A stretch of DNA of 64,000 nt, from NCBI GenBank assembly GCA_018648325.1, contig JABGRK010000010.1:110219-174218 (forward strand). Direction: 5' to 3'. The notes beneath the pieces were generated by a model. The model worked only from the letters and a program-made list of their open reading frames with translations, searched no databases and had not been told where the DNA came from. This DNA comes from Chloroflexota bacterium (GTDB lineage Bacteria; Chloroflexota; Dehalococcoidia; JABGRK01). The stretch's first letter is position 1; each line of letters opens with the position of its first letter. A program made the position numbers and the translations under genes. Below are positions 29,079 to 40,803 of the stretch, piece by piece.

Positions 29079-29879
29079 CTAAACCCGGCCAATCCGCGGA
29101 TCAACCACGCTATCCCACACCACATCGTTTATATCGAATACAGGCCCGTCCTGACAAACCTTGGCAAGCCCGTTTTGCGTCTTGATGGTGCAGCCGTAAC
29201 ACACGCCCCAGCCACAGGCCATCATCTGTTCAAGGCATACCTGCGTCGGCTTACTACTCAGTATCAATGTATTGCCAGCGATGGCCTGATACATGGGAAT
29301 CGGCCCGCAGGCGTATATGCGGTCATGATCTGGCGACAGTTCAGCAATCGCGCCAGTTACAAATTCCTTGCGCCCTACGGAACCATCTTCGGTTGCCGCT
29401 TCAAACGTGACGCTACTTGGTAATTCGTCTTGCGGATACAGCAGGTCGGCATTCCTTACGCCCTGCAAAACAGTGACCTCTAGTCCCTTATCTACAGCCT
29501 CATCAGCAAAAGCTATCATAGGCGCAATTCCCATCGCTCCACCACCAACCAGCAGCAGCTTTTTCGCACCCGCGTCTATGGTAAAACCATTGCCCAACGG
29601 GCCTAAAACGTCTACCTGACCGCCTGTCTTACGACCTGCCAGCCACCCCGTGCCCTGCCCAACAGCGGCGTACAGCAGAGCCAGCCTGTCCCCGTCTATA
29701 CGATGAACACTGAGCGGACGCCTGAGCAAAGGAGAGGTTTGACCCTCTCCCCTGCATAACACCATAACAAACTGGCCCGGTTTCACCATCAAGGCCACTT
29801 CCGGAACCTCAAGCCACATAACGTAACATCCGGACGAAAGCTTCTTATTCGATAAAACCCTGGCCACAACCTGCTTCAT
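29079..29879 (-). CDS. pyrK: Dihydroorotate dehydrogenase electron transfer subunit
   Basis: KPGQFVM, LRRPLS, GPLGNGF, YACGP, MACGWGVCYGC..VCQDGPVF. Confidence 0.92.
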   Translation of the reverse strand: MKQVVARVLSNKKLSSGCYVMWLEVPEVALMVKPGQFVMVLCRGEGQTSPLLRRPLSVHRIDGDRLALLYAAVGQGTGWLAGRKTGGQVDVLGPLGNGFTIDAGAKKLLLVGGGAMGIAPMIAFADEAVDKGLEVTVLQGVRNADLLYPQDELPSSVTFEAATEDGSVGRKEFVTGAIAELSPDHDRIYACGPIPMYQAIAGNTLILSSKPTQVCLEQMMACGWGVCYGCTIKTQNGLAKVCQDGPVFDINDVVWDSVVDPRIGRV

Positions 29880-29895
29880 GCAAAATACCCTTTAT

Positions 29896-32800
29896 CTATT
29901 TTATCGCCTTGTGATGCTCCTGCAGCGATGTTACCTCATCCTTGCCCTGTCTGAAAGCGGCTATGCCCTTGGTCGCCGCTGCTGCTGCTGCAAGCGTAGT
30001 TATATACGGCACTTTGTATTTAATTGCCGCCTTGCGTATGTATGAATCATCATGCTGGCTCATCTTACCGCTGGGTGTGTTTATAACCAGCTGCACTTCG
30101 CCGTTTTTAATGGCATCGCCAACGTTGGGCCTGCCCTCGTGCATCTTGAGGACTTGCTCGGACTTGATGCCCTGCTCGGTCAAAAACTTATGCGTTCCCT
30201 CTGTTGCCAGTATCTTAAATCCCATAGCCGCAAGCTGTTTTACCGTATCGGGCAATATCGGCGTCTGTTTACCTGCCACCGTTACCAGCACCGTGCCGCT
30301 TGTTGGCAAATGAGCCTTTGCCGCTTCCTGAGCCTTGTAAAAGGCCATACCAAACGACTCTGCTATGCCCAGCACTTCACCGGTAGATCGCATTTCAGGC
30401 CCCAGAATCGGATCGACCTCGGGGAACATGGAGAAGGGGAACACCGATTCCTTGACCCCGTAGTGCGGTATCTTTTTGGGCGTAGTGTCTATAGTAGAAA
30501 GGTCAGTGCCCAGTATAAGCTGTGTGGCTATTCTAGCCATGGAAACATTACAAACTTTAGATACCAGCGGCACCGTACGCGATGCCCTTGGATTTGCCTC
30601 CAGCACATAAACCTTGTCGTCAGCGATGGCATACTGCATATTCATCAAACCGACCACGTTGAGATCATTGGCGATTTTCTTTGTATATTCGTTAATCGTA
30701 TCAATATGTTTCTGCGGCAAGCTTATCGGCGGGATAACGCAGGCCGAATCACCGGAGTGAACACCGGCAAGCTCAATATGCTCCATTACCGCAGGGACGT
30801 AGGCCGTCTTGCCGTCTGCAATGGCATCTGCCTCTGCTTCGATAGCGTCTTCCAGGAACTTGTCGATGAGTATGGGCCTGTCCGGCGTAACTCCCACCGC
30901 AGCCGCCATGTATTGGCCCAGCATATCCTGGTCATAAACCACCTCCATGCCACGTCCACCCAGCACGTACGACGGGCGCACCATCAGCGGATAACCTATG
31001 CCGTTTGCGACCTCAATCGCCTCTTTGATATTGATCGCCATTCCGGACTTAGGCATGGGAATGCCCAGCGCTTCCATCTTCTGGCGGAAGCGGTCCCTGT
31101 CCTCAGCGAAATCGATAGTTTCCGGCGACGTACCCAGAATGTTGACGCCAGCCTCTTCAAGCTCTCTGGCCAGATTGAGTGGCGTCTGTCCGCCGAATTG
31201 GGCGATGACGCCTATAGGTTTTTCTTTGTGATAGATACTCAACACGTCTTCGACCGTGAGTGGCTCAAAGTAGAGTTTATCCGATGTATCGTAGTCGGTC
31301 GATACAGTCTCAGGATTGCAGTTAACCATGATGGTCTCATAACCCATATCGCGCAGTGTAAAGGCGGCGTGCACACAGCAATAGTCAAACTCAATGCCCT
31401 GGCCAATGCGATTGGGGCCTCCACCCAGTACCATCACCTTCTTGTTGCCCGTCACCGTCGTCTTGTCAGGCGCATTATACGTTGAATAGTAGTAAGCGGC
31501 ATTTTCCACACCGGAAACCCGCACTGCCTCCCACGCTTCGGTCAGTCCAGCGCTAATACGCTGCTCGCGAATCTGCTTTTCTGGCACACCAAGAATCTTA
31601 GCCAGATATTTGTCGGCAAAGCCGTCTTTCTTGGCTTTAATTAACAGGTCATCTGGAAGTCGCAAGCCCTTGTACTTAAGTACTTCCTCCTCAACTTCAA
31701 CCAACTCTTTCATCTGGTTAATAAACCAGTGCTTGATATGGGTCAGCTTGAACAATCCATCAACGTCAGCACCCTTGCGCAATGCCTCGTAAAGTATGAA
31801 CTGGCGCTCACTTGTGGGCTCCTTGAGCAGGACCATCAGCTCATCAAGCGTTTTCTCATTAAAATCCTTGGCAAATCCAAGGCCAGGACGGCCATTTTCC
31901 AATGAGCGGATGGCCTTTTGCATCGCCTCTTTATAGTTTTTGCCAATGCTCATCACCTCACCTACGGCGCGCATCTGTGTGCCCAGCTTATCCTCAGCCC
32001 CCTTGAACTTCTCAAATCCCCAGCGGGCAAACTTGACCACAACGTAATCGCCGGAAGGGGTGTATTTCTCAAGCGTTCCATCGCGCCAGTAGGGAATCTC
32101 GTCCATGGTCAGCCCGCCTGCCAGCTTGGCTGATATCAGAGCGATGGGAAATCCCGTCGCCTTTGAAGCCAGTGCCGATGAGCGCGATGTTCTGGGATTG
32201 ATCTCGATAACAACAACTCGATCCGATACCGGGTCGTGGGCAAACTGAACGTTGGTGCCACCTATAACCTCAATCCCCTCTACAATCTTGTACGAGTATT
32301 CCTGAAGGCGCTTTTGCAGCTCTGGCGTTATAGTCAGCATTGGTGCCGTGCAGTAGGAATCGCCGGTATGAACACCCATGGCATCCACGTTTTCTATAAA
32401 ACATACCGTTATCATCTGGTTTTTGGCGTCGCGCACAACCTCAAGCTCCAGCTCTTCCCAGCCCAGTACTGATTCTTCAACCAGTATCTGCCCGATAAGG
32501 CTGGCAGCGATGCCACGGCTGGCAACAATCCTTAGCTCTTCGACATTATAGACCAGCCCGCCGCCGGTGCCACCCATGGTATATGCAGGGCGAATGACTA
32601 CAGGATAACCAAGCTCTGATGCTATCTTTTCTGCATCTTCCACGCTGTATACAGCGGTACTCTTGGGCATATCAATGCCCAGCTTGTTCATCGTTTCTTT
32701 AAAGGCGATTCTATCCTCACCGCGCTCAATGGCATCAAGTTGCACGCCGATAACAGTAACGCCGTACTTATCAAGCGCGCCAGACTTGGCCAGCTCCGAA

Positions 32801-33096
32801 CTTAAGTTCAGCGCCGACTGCCCGCCCAGGTTTGGCAGCAGTGCATCGGGGCGCTCTTTTTCGATGATCTTGACCATGGCATCGTGGGTCAGCGGTTCAA
32901 TATAGGTCACATCCGCCGTACCGGGATCGGTCATAATAGTTGCCGGATTGGAGTTTACCAGCACAATCTCATAACCCAGCGACCTCAGCGCTTTACACGC
33001 CTGCGTGCCCGAATAATCAAACTCACAGGCCTGCCCTATTACTATGGGTCCGGAACCGATGATCATTACCTTTTTGATGTCCTCACGTCGAGCCAT
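29896..33096 (-). CDS. carB: Carbamoyl-phosphate synthase large chain (copy 2)
   Basis: [18 protein letters not shown], two ATP-grasp halves, MGS domain. Start at ATG 33096. Confidence 0.95.
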   Translation of the reverse strand: MARREDIKKVMIIGSGPIVIGQACEFDYSGTQACKALRSLGYEIVLVNSNPATIMTDPGTADVTYIEPLTHDAMVKIIEKERPDALLPNLGGQSALNLSSELAKSGALDKYGVTVIGVQLDAIERGEDRIAFKETMNKLGIDMPKSTAVYSVEDAEKIASELGYPVVIRPAYTMGGTGGGLVYNVEELRIVASRGIAASLIGQILVEESVLGWEELELEVVRDAKNQMITVCFIENVDAMGVHTGDSYCTAPMLTITPELQKRLQEYSYKIVEGIEVIGGTNVQFAHDPVSDRVVVIEINPRTSRSSALASKATGFPIALISAKLAGGLTMDEIPYWRDGTLEKYTPSGDYVVVKFARWGFEKFKGAEDKLGTQMRAVGEVMSIGKNYKEAMQKAIRSLENGRPGLGFAKDFNEKTLDELMVLLKEPTSERQFILYEALRKGADVDGLFKLTHIKHWFINQMKELVEVEEEVLKYKGLRLPDDLLIKAKKDGFADKYLAKILGVPEKQIREQRISAGLTEAWEAVRVSGVENAAYYYSTYNAPDKTTVTGNKKVMVLGGGPNRIGQGIEFDYCCVHAAFTLRDMGYETIMVNCNPETVSTDYDTSDKLYFEPLTVEDVLSIYHKEKPIGVIAQFGGQTPLNLARELEEAGVNILGTSPETIDFAEDRDRFRQKMEALGIPMPKSGMAINIKEAIEVANGIGYPLMVRPSYVLGGRGMEVVYDQDMLGQYMAAAVGVTPDRPILIDKFLEDAIEAEADAIADGKTAYVPAVMEHIELAGVHSGDSACVIPPISLPQKHIDTINEYTKKIANDLNVVGLMNMQYAIADDKVYVLEANPRASRTVPLVSKVCNVSMARIATQLILGTDLSTIDTTPKKIPHYGVKESVFPFSMFPEVDPILGPEMRSTGEVLGIAESFGMAFYKAQEAAKAHLPTSGTVLVTVAGKQTPILPDTVKQLAAMGFKILATEGTHKFLTEQGIKSEQVLKMHEGRPNVGDAIKNGEVQLVINTPSGKMSQHDDSYIRKAAIKYKVPYITTLAAAAAATKGIAAFRQGKDEVTSLQEHHKAIK

Positions 33097-33184
33097 GTTC
33101 ACCCCTTTTTCGTATTTTACTTCGTTTCACTTAGGTCCATATGATAATTACACATTTAAGTAATTATGTTCCCCGTCTCCCTTT

Positions 33185-36100
33185 TTAAGCCTTACCCAGA
33201 TATTCCGCTACGGTCAGCACATTATAGCCCTGGCCAGTACCGGTTAGCGCCTCCACGGCAACGCGCGCCGTATCCAGCGAGGTGAAACAGGGCATGCGCT
33301 TTTCAGCAGCAGTACGCCTGATAGCAATACCGTCTCGCAGGGGCACCGCGCCCTCAGTAAGCGTGTTTACCAGCGCATTCACCGTGCCGTCACTGATAAC
33401 GTCAACCACGTTGGGACGCTGGCCGCTCAGTATTTTGCTTATCATTATCACAGGCAGTCCGATAGACTTGATCATGGCCGCCGTGCCCTCGGTGGCGTAC
33501 AGCTTATATCCGGCAGCGGCAAGCTTCTTAATCATTGGTAGCGCTTCGGCTTTGTCTCTGTCCGCGATGCTCAGCAGTATGCCTCCCTTCTGGGGAAGCA
33601 TAAGTCCGGCAGCAATCAATGCCTTGGTCAATGCCGCTTTAAATGTAAGATCAATGCCCATCACCTCACCGGTGGATTTCATCTCCGGACCAAGATAAGT
33701 ATCCACCCCCGCCAGCTTGGACATGGAGAAAACCGGTGCCTTGATTGCTATCAACTTCTGGCTTTTCCACAGGCCCGTTTCATATCCCTGCTTTTCGAGA
33801 CTCTCGCCAAGCATTATATTGGTAGCTACCTGTACCATGGGCACTCCCGTTACCTTCGATAAAAACGGAACCGTGCGGCTTGAACGCGGGTTAACCTCCA
33901 GCACATAAACCGAGCCGCTCTCAAACGAATCAGCCTCGCCAGGAACAATGACATACTGGATATTCATCAGTCCCTTAACGTTTAGCTCAAGCCCGATTCG
34001 AACGGTGCAGTCAACGATCATCTCGGCTTCCTGCATGGTCAGCTTCAGTGCAGGATAAACCGCCATAGAGTCACCGCTGTGCACGCCCGCACGCTCGATG
34101 TGCTCCATGATACCGGGTATTAGCACACGCTCTCCATCACAAATGGCGTCCACTTCAACTTCCTTGCCTCGTAAGTATTTGTCGACAAGTACCGGATGCT
34201 CGCTGCCAAGGTCTACCGCAGTCGTAATATAGCGCACAAGCTCGGTGGCGTTGTGAACAATCTCCATGGCCCGCCCACCCAGCACGTAGCTGGGCCGAAC
34301 GATTACCGGATAACCGATGAGTTGTGCCGTGTTCAGCGCATCCTCAACATTGGTTATGGCAGCTCCCGGCGGCTGCGGGATTCCCAATCGACTCAACACC
34401 TCTTCAAAGCGTCCACGGTCTTCAGCCAGGTCGATGGCCTCGGCACTGGAGCCCAGCAGCGACAGGCCATTGCGTGATAGAGGCCCCGCCAGATTGACGG
34501 CAGTCTGCCCGCCGAACTGGGTTATGGATGGCGGTGCATCTGACGGTTCATCGGTCAGCGCCTCGTTCTCCAGAATATCGCGTACGCTCTCCTCATCCAG
34601 CGCCTCAAAGTAAAGGCGATCACTGGTATCGAAATCAGTCGATACCGTCTCCGGATTGGAGTTTATCATTATGCTCTCAACGCCAGCGCGCTGCAGCGCC
34701 CACGCCGAGTGTACGCTGCAATAGTCAAATTCTATCCCCTGTCCTATGCGGATAGGACCGGAACCAATGGTAACTGCCTTTTTCACATCGGTTGGAATAG
34801 CTTCGTTTTCACTCTCATATGCACTGTAAAAATAGGGCGTTTCGGCGGCAAACTCGGCAGCGCAGGTATCCACCGTCTTATATACAGGCGTGATGTTCCA
34901 CTGCTTGCGCAGCTCCCTCACCTGCTCCGTCAAACTGTCTGCCAACGTACCTATCTGCGAATCGGAAAAGCCCAGACGCTTGGCCTTTAGCATCAGCTCG
35001 GGCGTCAGTTTGTTTGCCAGCAGCTCTTTTTCCATATCAATAATGTTTTGCAGCTTATCCATGAACCAGCGATCTATCTTTGTTTCATCACATAGCTGTT
35101 CGACAGTCGATCCTCTGCGTAGCGCAGCCATAAGCGCCCACAGTCTCATATCGTGCGGGCCCAGCGGATATTTATCCTTCCACGCCGGGTCCTCCCACAA
35201 CAGCGACTTTTTGCCTATCTCAAGCGATCGCACCGCTTTTTGCAACGCCGCCTCAAAGTTGCGATCTATGGCCATCACCTCACCGGTGGCCTTCATCTGC
35301 GTGCCCAGGACCCTATCGCCCAAAGCGAATTTGTCGAACGGCCAGCGCGGTATCTTGACCACACAGTAATCCAGCGCCGGTTCAAAAGCAGCGGTCGTTT
35401 TACCGGTAACCTTGTTGGTTATCTCATCCAGCCTCTTGCCGGCAGCGATCTTGGCAGCAACGCGAGCGATGGGATAACCCGTGGCCTTAGATGCCAGCGC
35501 CGAGCTGCGAGAAACACGCGGATTGACCTCAATAACGTAGTATGGAGGCAAACCTTTCAGGTCGGTCCCGGCAGGAGCCAGCGCAAGTTGTACGTTACAC
35601 CCGCCTTCGATGCCCAGCTCGCGAATAATCTTCAGGCTGGCGCTGCGCAGCATCTGGTATTCACGATCGGTAAGCGTCTGACTGGGAGCTACTACGATAC
35701 TATCACCGGTGTGCACCCCCATGGGATCAAGGTTTTCCATATTACAAATGGTAATGCACGTATCCGCACCATCGCGCATCACCTCGTATTCAATCTCTTT
35801 CCAGCCCACCACGCTATGCTCCACCAAAATCTGGTTCACCGGACTGAAGGCAAGCCCGGAAGTGACAACCGTCTCAAACTCCTCCATGGTTCGCGCATGC
35901 CCACCACCGCTACCGCCCAGCGTATAGGCGGGTCGTATAACTGCAGGCAATCCGATTTCTTTGAGTGCAACACGCGCCTCTTCCATGGTAGTGGCAACAA
36001 CACTATCCAGCACCGGTTCGCCGATTTCAAGCAGCATCTTCTTGAACAGGTCGCGGTCCTCGGCACGTTCGATGGTATCTATAGGCGTGCCCAGTACGCG

Positions 36101-36442
36101 TACATTGTATTTGTCGAGAATGCCAGCATTGGCCACTTCGACTGCCAGATTAAGGCCGGTCTGGCCACCCAGCGTCGACAGCAGGCCGTCAGGACGTTCC
36201 TTTTGAATAATGCGCTCAACTACTTCAACCGTCAGCGGTTCGATGTAGACGGCGTCGGCGATGCCCTCATCGGTCATAATGGTTGCAGGGTTGGAGTTGA
36301 CCAGTATGGAATATATACCTTCCTCACGCAGCGCGCGACAGGCCTGCGTGCCCGCATAGTCAAACTCGGCCGCCTGCCCAATGACTATGGGCCCCGATCC
36401 TATTACCAGTACTTTTTTTGCTTTCGTTGCTTTATCTGTCAA
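33185..36442 (-). CDS. carB: Carbamoyl-phosphate synthase large chain (copy 1)
   Basis: [28 protein letters not shown], second half and MGS domain; overlaps the carA stop. Confidence 0.95.
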   Translation of the reverse strand: MTDKATKAKKVLVIGSGPIVIGQAAEFDYAGTQACRALREEGIYSILVNSNPATIMTDEGIADAVYIEPLTVEVVERIIQKERPDGLLSTLGGQTGLNLAVEVANAGILDKYNVRVLGTPIDTIERAEDRDLFKKMLLEIGEPVLDSVVATTMEEARVALKEIGLPAVIRPAYTLGGSGGGHARTMEEFETVVTSGLAFSPVNQILVEHSVVGWKEIEYEVMRDGADTCITICNMENLDPMGVHTGDSIVVAPSQTLTDREYQMLRSASLKIIRELGIEGGCNVQLALAPAGTDLKGLPPYYVIEVNPRVSRSSALASKATGYPIARVAAKIAAGKRLDEITNKVTGKTTAAFEPALDYCVVKIPRWPFDKFALGDRVLGTQMKATGEVMAIDRNFEAALQKAVRSLEIGKKSLLWEDPAWKDKYPLGPHDMRLWALMAALRRGSTVEQLCDETKIDRWFMDKLQNIIDMEKELLANKLTPELMLKAKRLGFSDSQIGTLADSLTEQVRELRKQWNITPVYKTVDTCAAEFAAETPYFYSAYESENEAIPTDVKKAVTIGSGPIRIGQGIEFDYCSVHSAWALQRAGVESIMINSNPETVSTDFDTSDRLYFEALDEESVRDILENEALTDEPSDAPPSITQFGGQTAVNLAGPLSRNGLSLLGSSAEAIDLAEDRGRFEEVLSRLGIPQPPGAAITNVEDALNTAQLIGYPVIVRPSYVLGGRAMEIVHNATELVRYITTAVDLGSEHPVLVDKYLRGKEVEVDAICDGERVLIPGIMEHIERAGVHSGDSMAVYPALKLTMQEAEMIVDCTVRIGLELNVKGLMNIQYVIVPGEADSFESGSVYVLEVNPRSSRTVPFLSKVTGVPMVQVATNIMLGESLEKQGYETGLWKSQKLIAIKAPVFSMSKLAGVDTYLGPEMKSTGEVMGIDLTFKAALTKALIAAGLMLPQKGGILLSIADRDKAEALPMIKKLAAAGYKLYATEGTAAMIKSIGLPVIMISKILSGQRPNVVDVISDGTVNALVNTLTEGAVPLRDGIAIRRTAAEKRMPCFTSLDTARVAVEALTGTGQGYNVLTVAEYLGKA

Positions 36443-37515
36443 TTTTTCACCATATCCAGAAATCGTTTAAATGCGTCAACCGTATCCAGCGGGCCGGGTG
36501 AGGCCTCGGAGTGATACTGAATCGATAGTATCGGATACTCGCGATGAACCATGCCCTCAACCGTATTATCGTTAAGGTTTATCTGGCTTACCTCAAGCCC
36601 GCCCTTAAGGCTATCGCCATCAACGGCATAACCATGGTTCTGGGCGGTGATATACACGCGGCCAGTGGCCAAATCCTTTACCGGGTGGTTGGCTCCCCTG
36701 TGTCCGAATTTAAGCTTGAATGTGCGGCTTCCAAAGGCCCGCGCCAGTAACTGATGACCCAAACAAATGCCCATAACCGGTTTTTTGCCCACCAGATCTC
36801 TTACCGTATCCTGTAGATAGTTGAGCGCCGGGTCGCCTGGTCCCGGGGAAACCAGGATGCCGTCAGGATCAAGTTTCAGAATGTCTGCTGATGGAGTTGT
36901 AGCCGGAACAACCGTAACGCGACAACCCAGCTTCGATAAATTGCGCAGTATGCTGTACTTCACACCGCAATCGACAACTATGATGTGAGGGCCGGTACCT
37001 TTGCCGCCCTCATCCCACTCAAACACCTTGTCTGTCGATACTCTGGGCACGAAATCGGTATCCACGTATTTGGGCAACGTTTTGAGATGAGCGATAGCCT
37101 TGTCCGGCTCATCCTCGGTGATAATACCCATCATCACACCCACCGAGCGCAAGTGCCGGGTTATCGACCTTGTGTCGACTCCACCTATGCCCGGTATGCC
37201 GTTGGCTTTCAGATATTCGTGCAGTGTACGCTCGCTCTGCCAATGGCTTGGCTGATAGCAGTCTTGCCGAACGACAAAGCCGCTAACCTGTATACGGTTA
37301 GACTGATAATCGATGTCGTTGACACCGTAGTTACCTATCATCGGATAAGTAGGCACGACGACTTGCCCGGCGTACGACGGATCGGTAAGCATCTCCTGAT
37401 AGCCTGTCATGCTGGTATTAAACACCACCTCGCCATATCCCACACCCTCGGCACCGAACGCGTGGCCGGGGTAGGCCGAACCATCCTCAAGCACCAAATA
37501 AATTTTCCTGCTCAC
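36439..37515 (-). CDS. carA: Carbamoyl-phosphate synthase small chain
   Basis: [41 protein letters not shown]. Confidence 0.96.
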   Translation of the reverse strand: MSRKIYLVLEDGSAYPGHAFGAEGVGYGEVVFNTSMTGYQEMLTDPSYAGQVVVPTYPMIGNYGVNDIDYQSNRIQVSGFVVRQDCYQPSHWQSERTLHEYLKANGIPGIGGVDTRSITRHLRSVGVMMGIITEDEPDKAIAHLKTLPKYVDTDFVPRVSTDKVFEWDEGGKGTGPHIIVVDCGVKYSILRNLSKLGCRVTVVPATTPSADILKLDPDGILVSPGPGDPALNYLQDTVRDLVGKKPVMGICLGHQLLARAFGSRTFKLKFGHRGANHPVKDLATGRVYITAQNHGYAVDGDSLKGGLEVSQINLNDNTVEGMVHREYPILSIQYHSEASPGPLDTVDAFKRFLDMVKN

Positions 37516-38822
37516 ACTTCCTCCAGATTAATAGTTCTGTCTCTATAAGCAACCTTGCCGCCAAAAATAGTGGCCATAACCTTGCCCGTAAGAGTGTGCC
37601 CGTTAAGCGGCGTGTTTGAGCCCATGGAGGCAAATATGTCTCCATCAACCTGCCACTGCGCATCGGGATCGAATATGGTCACATCCGCAGGCGCTCCAAC
37701 CTTGAGCGTACCCAGCAGCGGTACATCCAGAATCCGCGCCGGCTCAATGGTCAGCTTGGAAATTAGTGTATTAAGATCGATCTTTTTGCTGTGCACCAGG
37801 CTCATACAACTGCCCAGTGCCGTCTCAAAACCGCTTATACCAAAAGCGGCCCGGTCAAACTCACATATCTTATCGTCCTCCGAATGTGGCGCATGATCGG
37901 TAGCAATGGCGTCGATAGTTCCATCGCGCAGTCCTACAACCAGAGCATCAACATCGGCTCGTGTCCTAAGCGGCGGATTGACCTTGGCGTTGGTATTAAG
38001 CCTGTTACCCGACAGGACGCAATCCTCGGTAAGCGTAAGGTGATGGGGCGTAGCCTCGGCAGTCACCTCTACGCCCTGCTCCTTGGCATTACGAATAATG
38101 TCGACCGACCCGGCGGTGCTGACATGGGCAATGTGAACTTTTGCGCTAAGCAGTTGAGCCAGAGATATAACACGCTCCACCGCCATTTCCTCCGCCTCAA
38201 CCGGGATACCTGCCAGCCTCAGCTTGTCAGCCAGTTGACCAGCGTTCATCACGCCGTTTCCACTTATGGAAATATCCTCGCAGTGCTCAATTATGATCTT
38301 GCCATGAGCCCGGCTGTCTGCAAGTGCATCGCTCATCAATTGCGGATCGGATACCGGGCTACCGTCGTCGCTGAAAGCCACAACGCCCGCCGCAATAAGT
38401 TCGCTTAGATCCGATTGTTCCTTGCCATCACGCCCCTGGCTGATACATCCTATGGGCAATACGCGAGCAGAGCCGTCGGTGATGGCAGTCAGTTTGATAA
38501 AATCGACCACCGCCTTGGAATCAATCGGGGGATTGGTGTTGGGCATGCAGCATACGGTGGTAAAGCCCCCCATGGCCGCCGCCTCGGTGCCGGTAGCAAT
38601 CGTCTCTTTATGCTCATACCCCGGCTGTCGTAGATGACAATGCAGATCAATAAACCCGGGACTAACAATGAGGCTCGTAGCATCAAGCACCAGACAATCT
38701 TCCAAATGATGCAGGATATCGTAATTTTCAATCTTAAAGCCAGATATAAAAAGATCACCGATCCGATCGATGTTCTGCGATGGATCGATGATACGTCCGC
38801 CTTTTATAAGTAATGACCCTAT
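37512..38822 (-). CDS. pyrC: Dihydroorotase; probable ATA start
   Basis: PGFIDLHCHLRQPG, KVNPPLR, ATDHAPH. The conserved N-terminus (LLIKGGRIIDPSQNID) extends in frame to ATA 38822 behind a GGAGGT SD. Confidence 0.92.
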   Translation of the reverse strand: MGSLLIKGGRIIDPSQNIDRIGDLFISGFKIENYDILHHLEDCLVLDATSLIVSPGFIDLHCHLRQPGYEHKETIATGTEAAAMGGFTTVCCMPNTNPPIDSKAVVDFIKLTAITDGSARVLPIGCISQGRDGKEQSDLSELIAAGVVAFSDDGSPVSDPQLMSDALADSRAHGKIIIEHCEDISISGNGVMNAGQLADKLRLAGIPVEAEEMAVERVISLAQLLSAKVHIAHVSTAGSVDIIRNAKEQGVEVTAEATPHHLTLTEDCVLSGNRLNTNAKVNPPLRTRADVDALVVGLRDGTIDAIATDHAPHSEDDKICEFDRAAFGISGFETALGSCMSLVHSKKIDLNTLISKLTIEPARILDVPLLGTLKVGAPADVTIFDPDAQWQVDGDIFASMGSNTPLNGHTLTGKVMATIFGGKVAYRDRTINLEEV

Positions 38823-40240
38823 TGGTCTGTACCTCCCTTTTTCCCTTTTTCAGCAAAGCGGCTGGGTTTAAATCCATGCGCCTTTGCATCTTCTTCTGAT
38901 TCGAAGAAAAGCATATTGCTGGTATCAATTTTAGCTAGCAGATGACTCTGTACATTATGGTATAGCTTATTTTCAATCGTGCCCTGATGCCACTTGGTGC
39001 TGGCCATATACTTAGGCTGTGTCTCGCGCTCACAGTAAACGCAGCGCAAGGTCAGTGGCTTAAAGTTCACAATGGCAAACTTGGGATCGATGTAGCGCGC
39101 CTCATGCACTGCGGCGCAGTTGGGATTATGACAGCGCGCACCAAACTCCCGCTGATAAATGGGCGGGCTTGCCTTTCCGGCCTCAACATCGGGCATTTCG
39201 ATGTTTTTTGCACCCAACAGCATAGATATCAGTGCCATGCGTACCGGCACACCGCGCGCCGCCTGCTTGAAATATATGCTTCTTGGGTCGGAGTCAACCT
39301 CGTAGGCCAGCTCGTCCACACGCGGCAGCGGATGCATCACCAAGGTTTCCTTGAACTCCTTGCCCTTTAACGTCTTCTTATCTATCACCGGATAGCTCTT
39401 TTTCACATCATCGTCAGATGTGTTTGTGCGCTCTTTCTGTAATCGAGTGACATACAGGGCATCAACACCCTGCTTAAGGTCTACACGCATTCCAATGTCG
39501 GTAAGCAGCGCCGGTTGGTGTGGCGTACTGGGCGTCAGATACAGCGCATCCAGCTCGGCCTTATCACCACTGACCACCCCTGCCAGCGAGGGAACATCGT
39601 TGGCAGCAATCTTCCTGAGCTCGCCCCCGTACTCCTCGGTCAACTTCTTTACCACATAGTCGGGAATCTCATATCCGTCGCCGGGACAAAAGATTATACT
39701 GGCGCCCATGCGCGCCAATGCATAGGTAAGCGAATGTATCGTACGCCCGTATTTAAGATCGCCGCAAAGGGCTATGTTCAAGCCATCAATAGCGCCCTTT
39801 TCCTTTTTGAGTGAAAACAGATCACAAAGCGTCTGAGTGGGATGCTCGTGCCCTCCATCACCTGCGTTTATCACCGGAATCCCGGCGTATTCGGCGGCCA
39901 CCTTGGCCGCGCCCTCCCAGGGATGGCGTATTACCATTATATCGGCGTAGCTACCAATAACGCGAGCCATGTCGGCAATACTCTCTCCTTTTGCCAGCGA
40001 GGTAGCCTTTACATCCATGGCGGTTATCACGTTGCCACCCAGCCGGTGCATGGCCGCTTCAAACGACAGGCGTGTTCTGGTGCTGGGCTCAAAAAAGAGG
40101 CTGGCCATTATCTTGCCTTTGCATACTTCCGACTGCTCATAAAGCGTATCGGACATCTGGTCAGCCAGCGAGAATATACTCTCTATTTCTTTGTTCGACA
40201 GATCGTCTACAGTAACCAGATCCCTCTTTGTTAGACTCAT
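38819..40240 (-). CDS. pyrB: Aspartate carbamoyltransferase catalytic chain fused to a PyrI-type Zn domain and an extra C-terminal domain
   Basis: [24 protein letters not shown]; C-terminal CHNPNC...LRCVYCE. Confidence 0.92.
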   Translation of the reverse strand: MSLTKRDLVTVDDLSNKEIESIFSLADQMSDTLYEQSEVCKGKIMASLFFEPSTRTRLSFEAAMHRLGGNVITAMDVKATSLAKGESIADMARVIGSYADIMVIRHPWEGAAKVAAEYAGIPVINAGDGGHEHPTQTLCDLFSLKKEKGAIDGLNIALCGDLKYGRTIHSLTYALARMGASIIFCPGDGYEIPDYVVKKLTEEYGGELRKIAANDVPSLAGVVSGDKAELDALYLTPSTPHQPALLTDIGMRVDLKQGVDALYVTRLQKERTNTSDDDVKKSYPVIDKKTLKGKEFKETLVMHPLPRVDELAYEVDSDPRSIYFKQAARGVPVRMALISMLLGAKNIEMPDVEAGKASPPIYQREFGARCHNPNCAAVHEARYIDPKFAIVNFKPLTLRCVYCERETQPKYMASTKWHQGTIENKLYHNVQSHLLAKIDTSNMLFFESEEDAKAHGFKPSRFAEKGKKGGTDQ

Positions 40241-40803
40241 GACACCACCTGTTCAGGCTTGGTTTTGTTGTTCATATTTGTTAGAACAACCTCGTCCCTG
40301 CCGTCGATTTCGGTTAATTTAACCTGTACTTTTTCATATCTGGATGTGGGTATGTTCTTGCCCACGTAATCGGCACGAATGGGCAGTTCACGGTGACCGC
40401 GATCGATCAGCGCTGCCAGCTGTATGCGTTGAGGACGGCCAAGGTTGATCAGGGCGTCCATACCCGCCCGGATACTGCGTCCGGTGTAAATTACGTCGTC
40501 CACAAGAACAACGTTCTTGCCCCGAATACTCACGGGGATTTCGGTATTACTTACCACCGGTTGATCATCGAGGGAATCAAGGTCATCGCGATGGAAGGTG
40601 ATATCCAGCGCACCCACGGGGATTTCGATATCGGCAAACTGCCTTATTTTGGCAGCCAGCCTGTGGGCCAGCGGCACGCCGCGGGTGTGAATGCCCACCA
40701 GCACCAGTCCCTCACATCCGCCGTTCTTCTCGATGATCTCATGCGCCAGTCGCGTAATGCTACGACCTATGTCAGCCGCAGACAGTATGGTTTTACTAGA
40801 CAT
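40237..40803 (-). CDS. pyrR: Pyrimidine attenuation protein / uracil phosphoribosyltransferase
   Basis: [43 protein letters not shown]. Confidence 0.95.
   Translation of the reverse strand: MSSKTILSAADIGRSITRLAHEIIEKNGGCEGLVLVGIHTRGVPLAHRLAAKIRQFADIEIPVGALDITFHRDDLDSLDDQPVVSNTEIPVSIRGKNVVLVDDVIYTGRSIRAGMDALINLGRPQRIQLAALIDRGHRELPIRADYVGKNIPTSRYEKVQVKLTEIDGRDEVVLTNMNNKTKPEQVVS

Noticed and set aside
30052-36514. Long + strand ORFs 30052-31485 and 35153-36514
   Set aside because: Antisense shadows of the carB genes with no recognisable motifs.
38489-38822. pyrC frameshift or truncation
   Set aside because: The missing N-terminus is in the same frame without stops; an ATA start explains it.
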